A stretch of DNA of 36,340 nt, taken from assembly GCA_032718475.1 (NCBI GenBank), contig JAUCBJ010004867.1, forward strand, positions 1 to 36,340, read 5' to 3'. The DNA comes from Nemertoderma westbladi. Taxonomy: Eukaryota; Animalia; Xenacoelomorpha. Under the pieces are notes generated by a model. The model was given only the letters and a program-made list of their open reading frames with translations, was not told the origin of the DNA and searched no databases. Positions 36,134 to 36,340 of this stretch are shown piece by piece; position 1 is the stretch's first letter; each line of letters opens with the position of its first letter. The translations under genes were made by a program, and so were the position numbers.

Positions 36134-36340
36134 ATATAAATCTCTGACTTTAAGTCTTATAAATCTCAGTCTGTCTGTCTCGCGATACAATAATAGAAAG
36201 CTAACTTGAGCAACGTCACCATCTCGTCATATTTTAAGTATTTGTTTGCGTGAATCGAATGTGGTCAAAGTGGATTATTTCGCATCGTTTTAGGCCAAAA
36301 TATGTTACTGGTCAGCAATGAGGACTCAGGCGACTTTGTA

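Overview
AT-rich eukaryotic DNA, most likely from an invertebrate animal, and almost entirely transposon-derived. Three minus-strand exons (32482-32644, 30288-30422, 3540-3670) splice in frame into one discoidin/F5-8 type C-like domain, with a 26.6-kb intron between the last two. That intron holds a pile-up of decayed elements: a 1065-bp LTR preceded by a degenerate ORF region with two CCHC motifs, a BEL/Pao pol, a Ty3/Gypsy gag-pol, a CRE-clade LINE fragment, and a gag-like ORF split by a foldback Mutator-like element (9-bp TSD) and followed by repeat-expanded sequence with a 1.64-kb tandem duplication. Outside that intron are an IS3EU-like transposase pseudogene, two more CRE fragments, two long-TIR MITEs and several minisatellites. 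The most striking item is a 161-bp cassette at 29173-29333: a tRNA-derived Pol III promoter fused directly to an intact minimal type I hammerhead ribozyme, bracketed by inverted repeats. All calls come from reading the sequence by eye; no searches were run.
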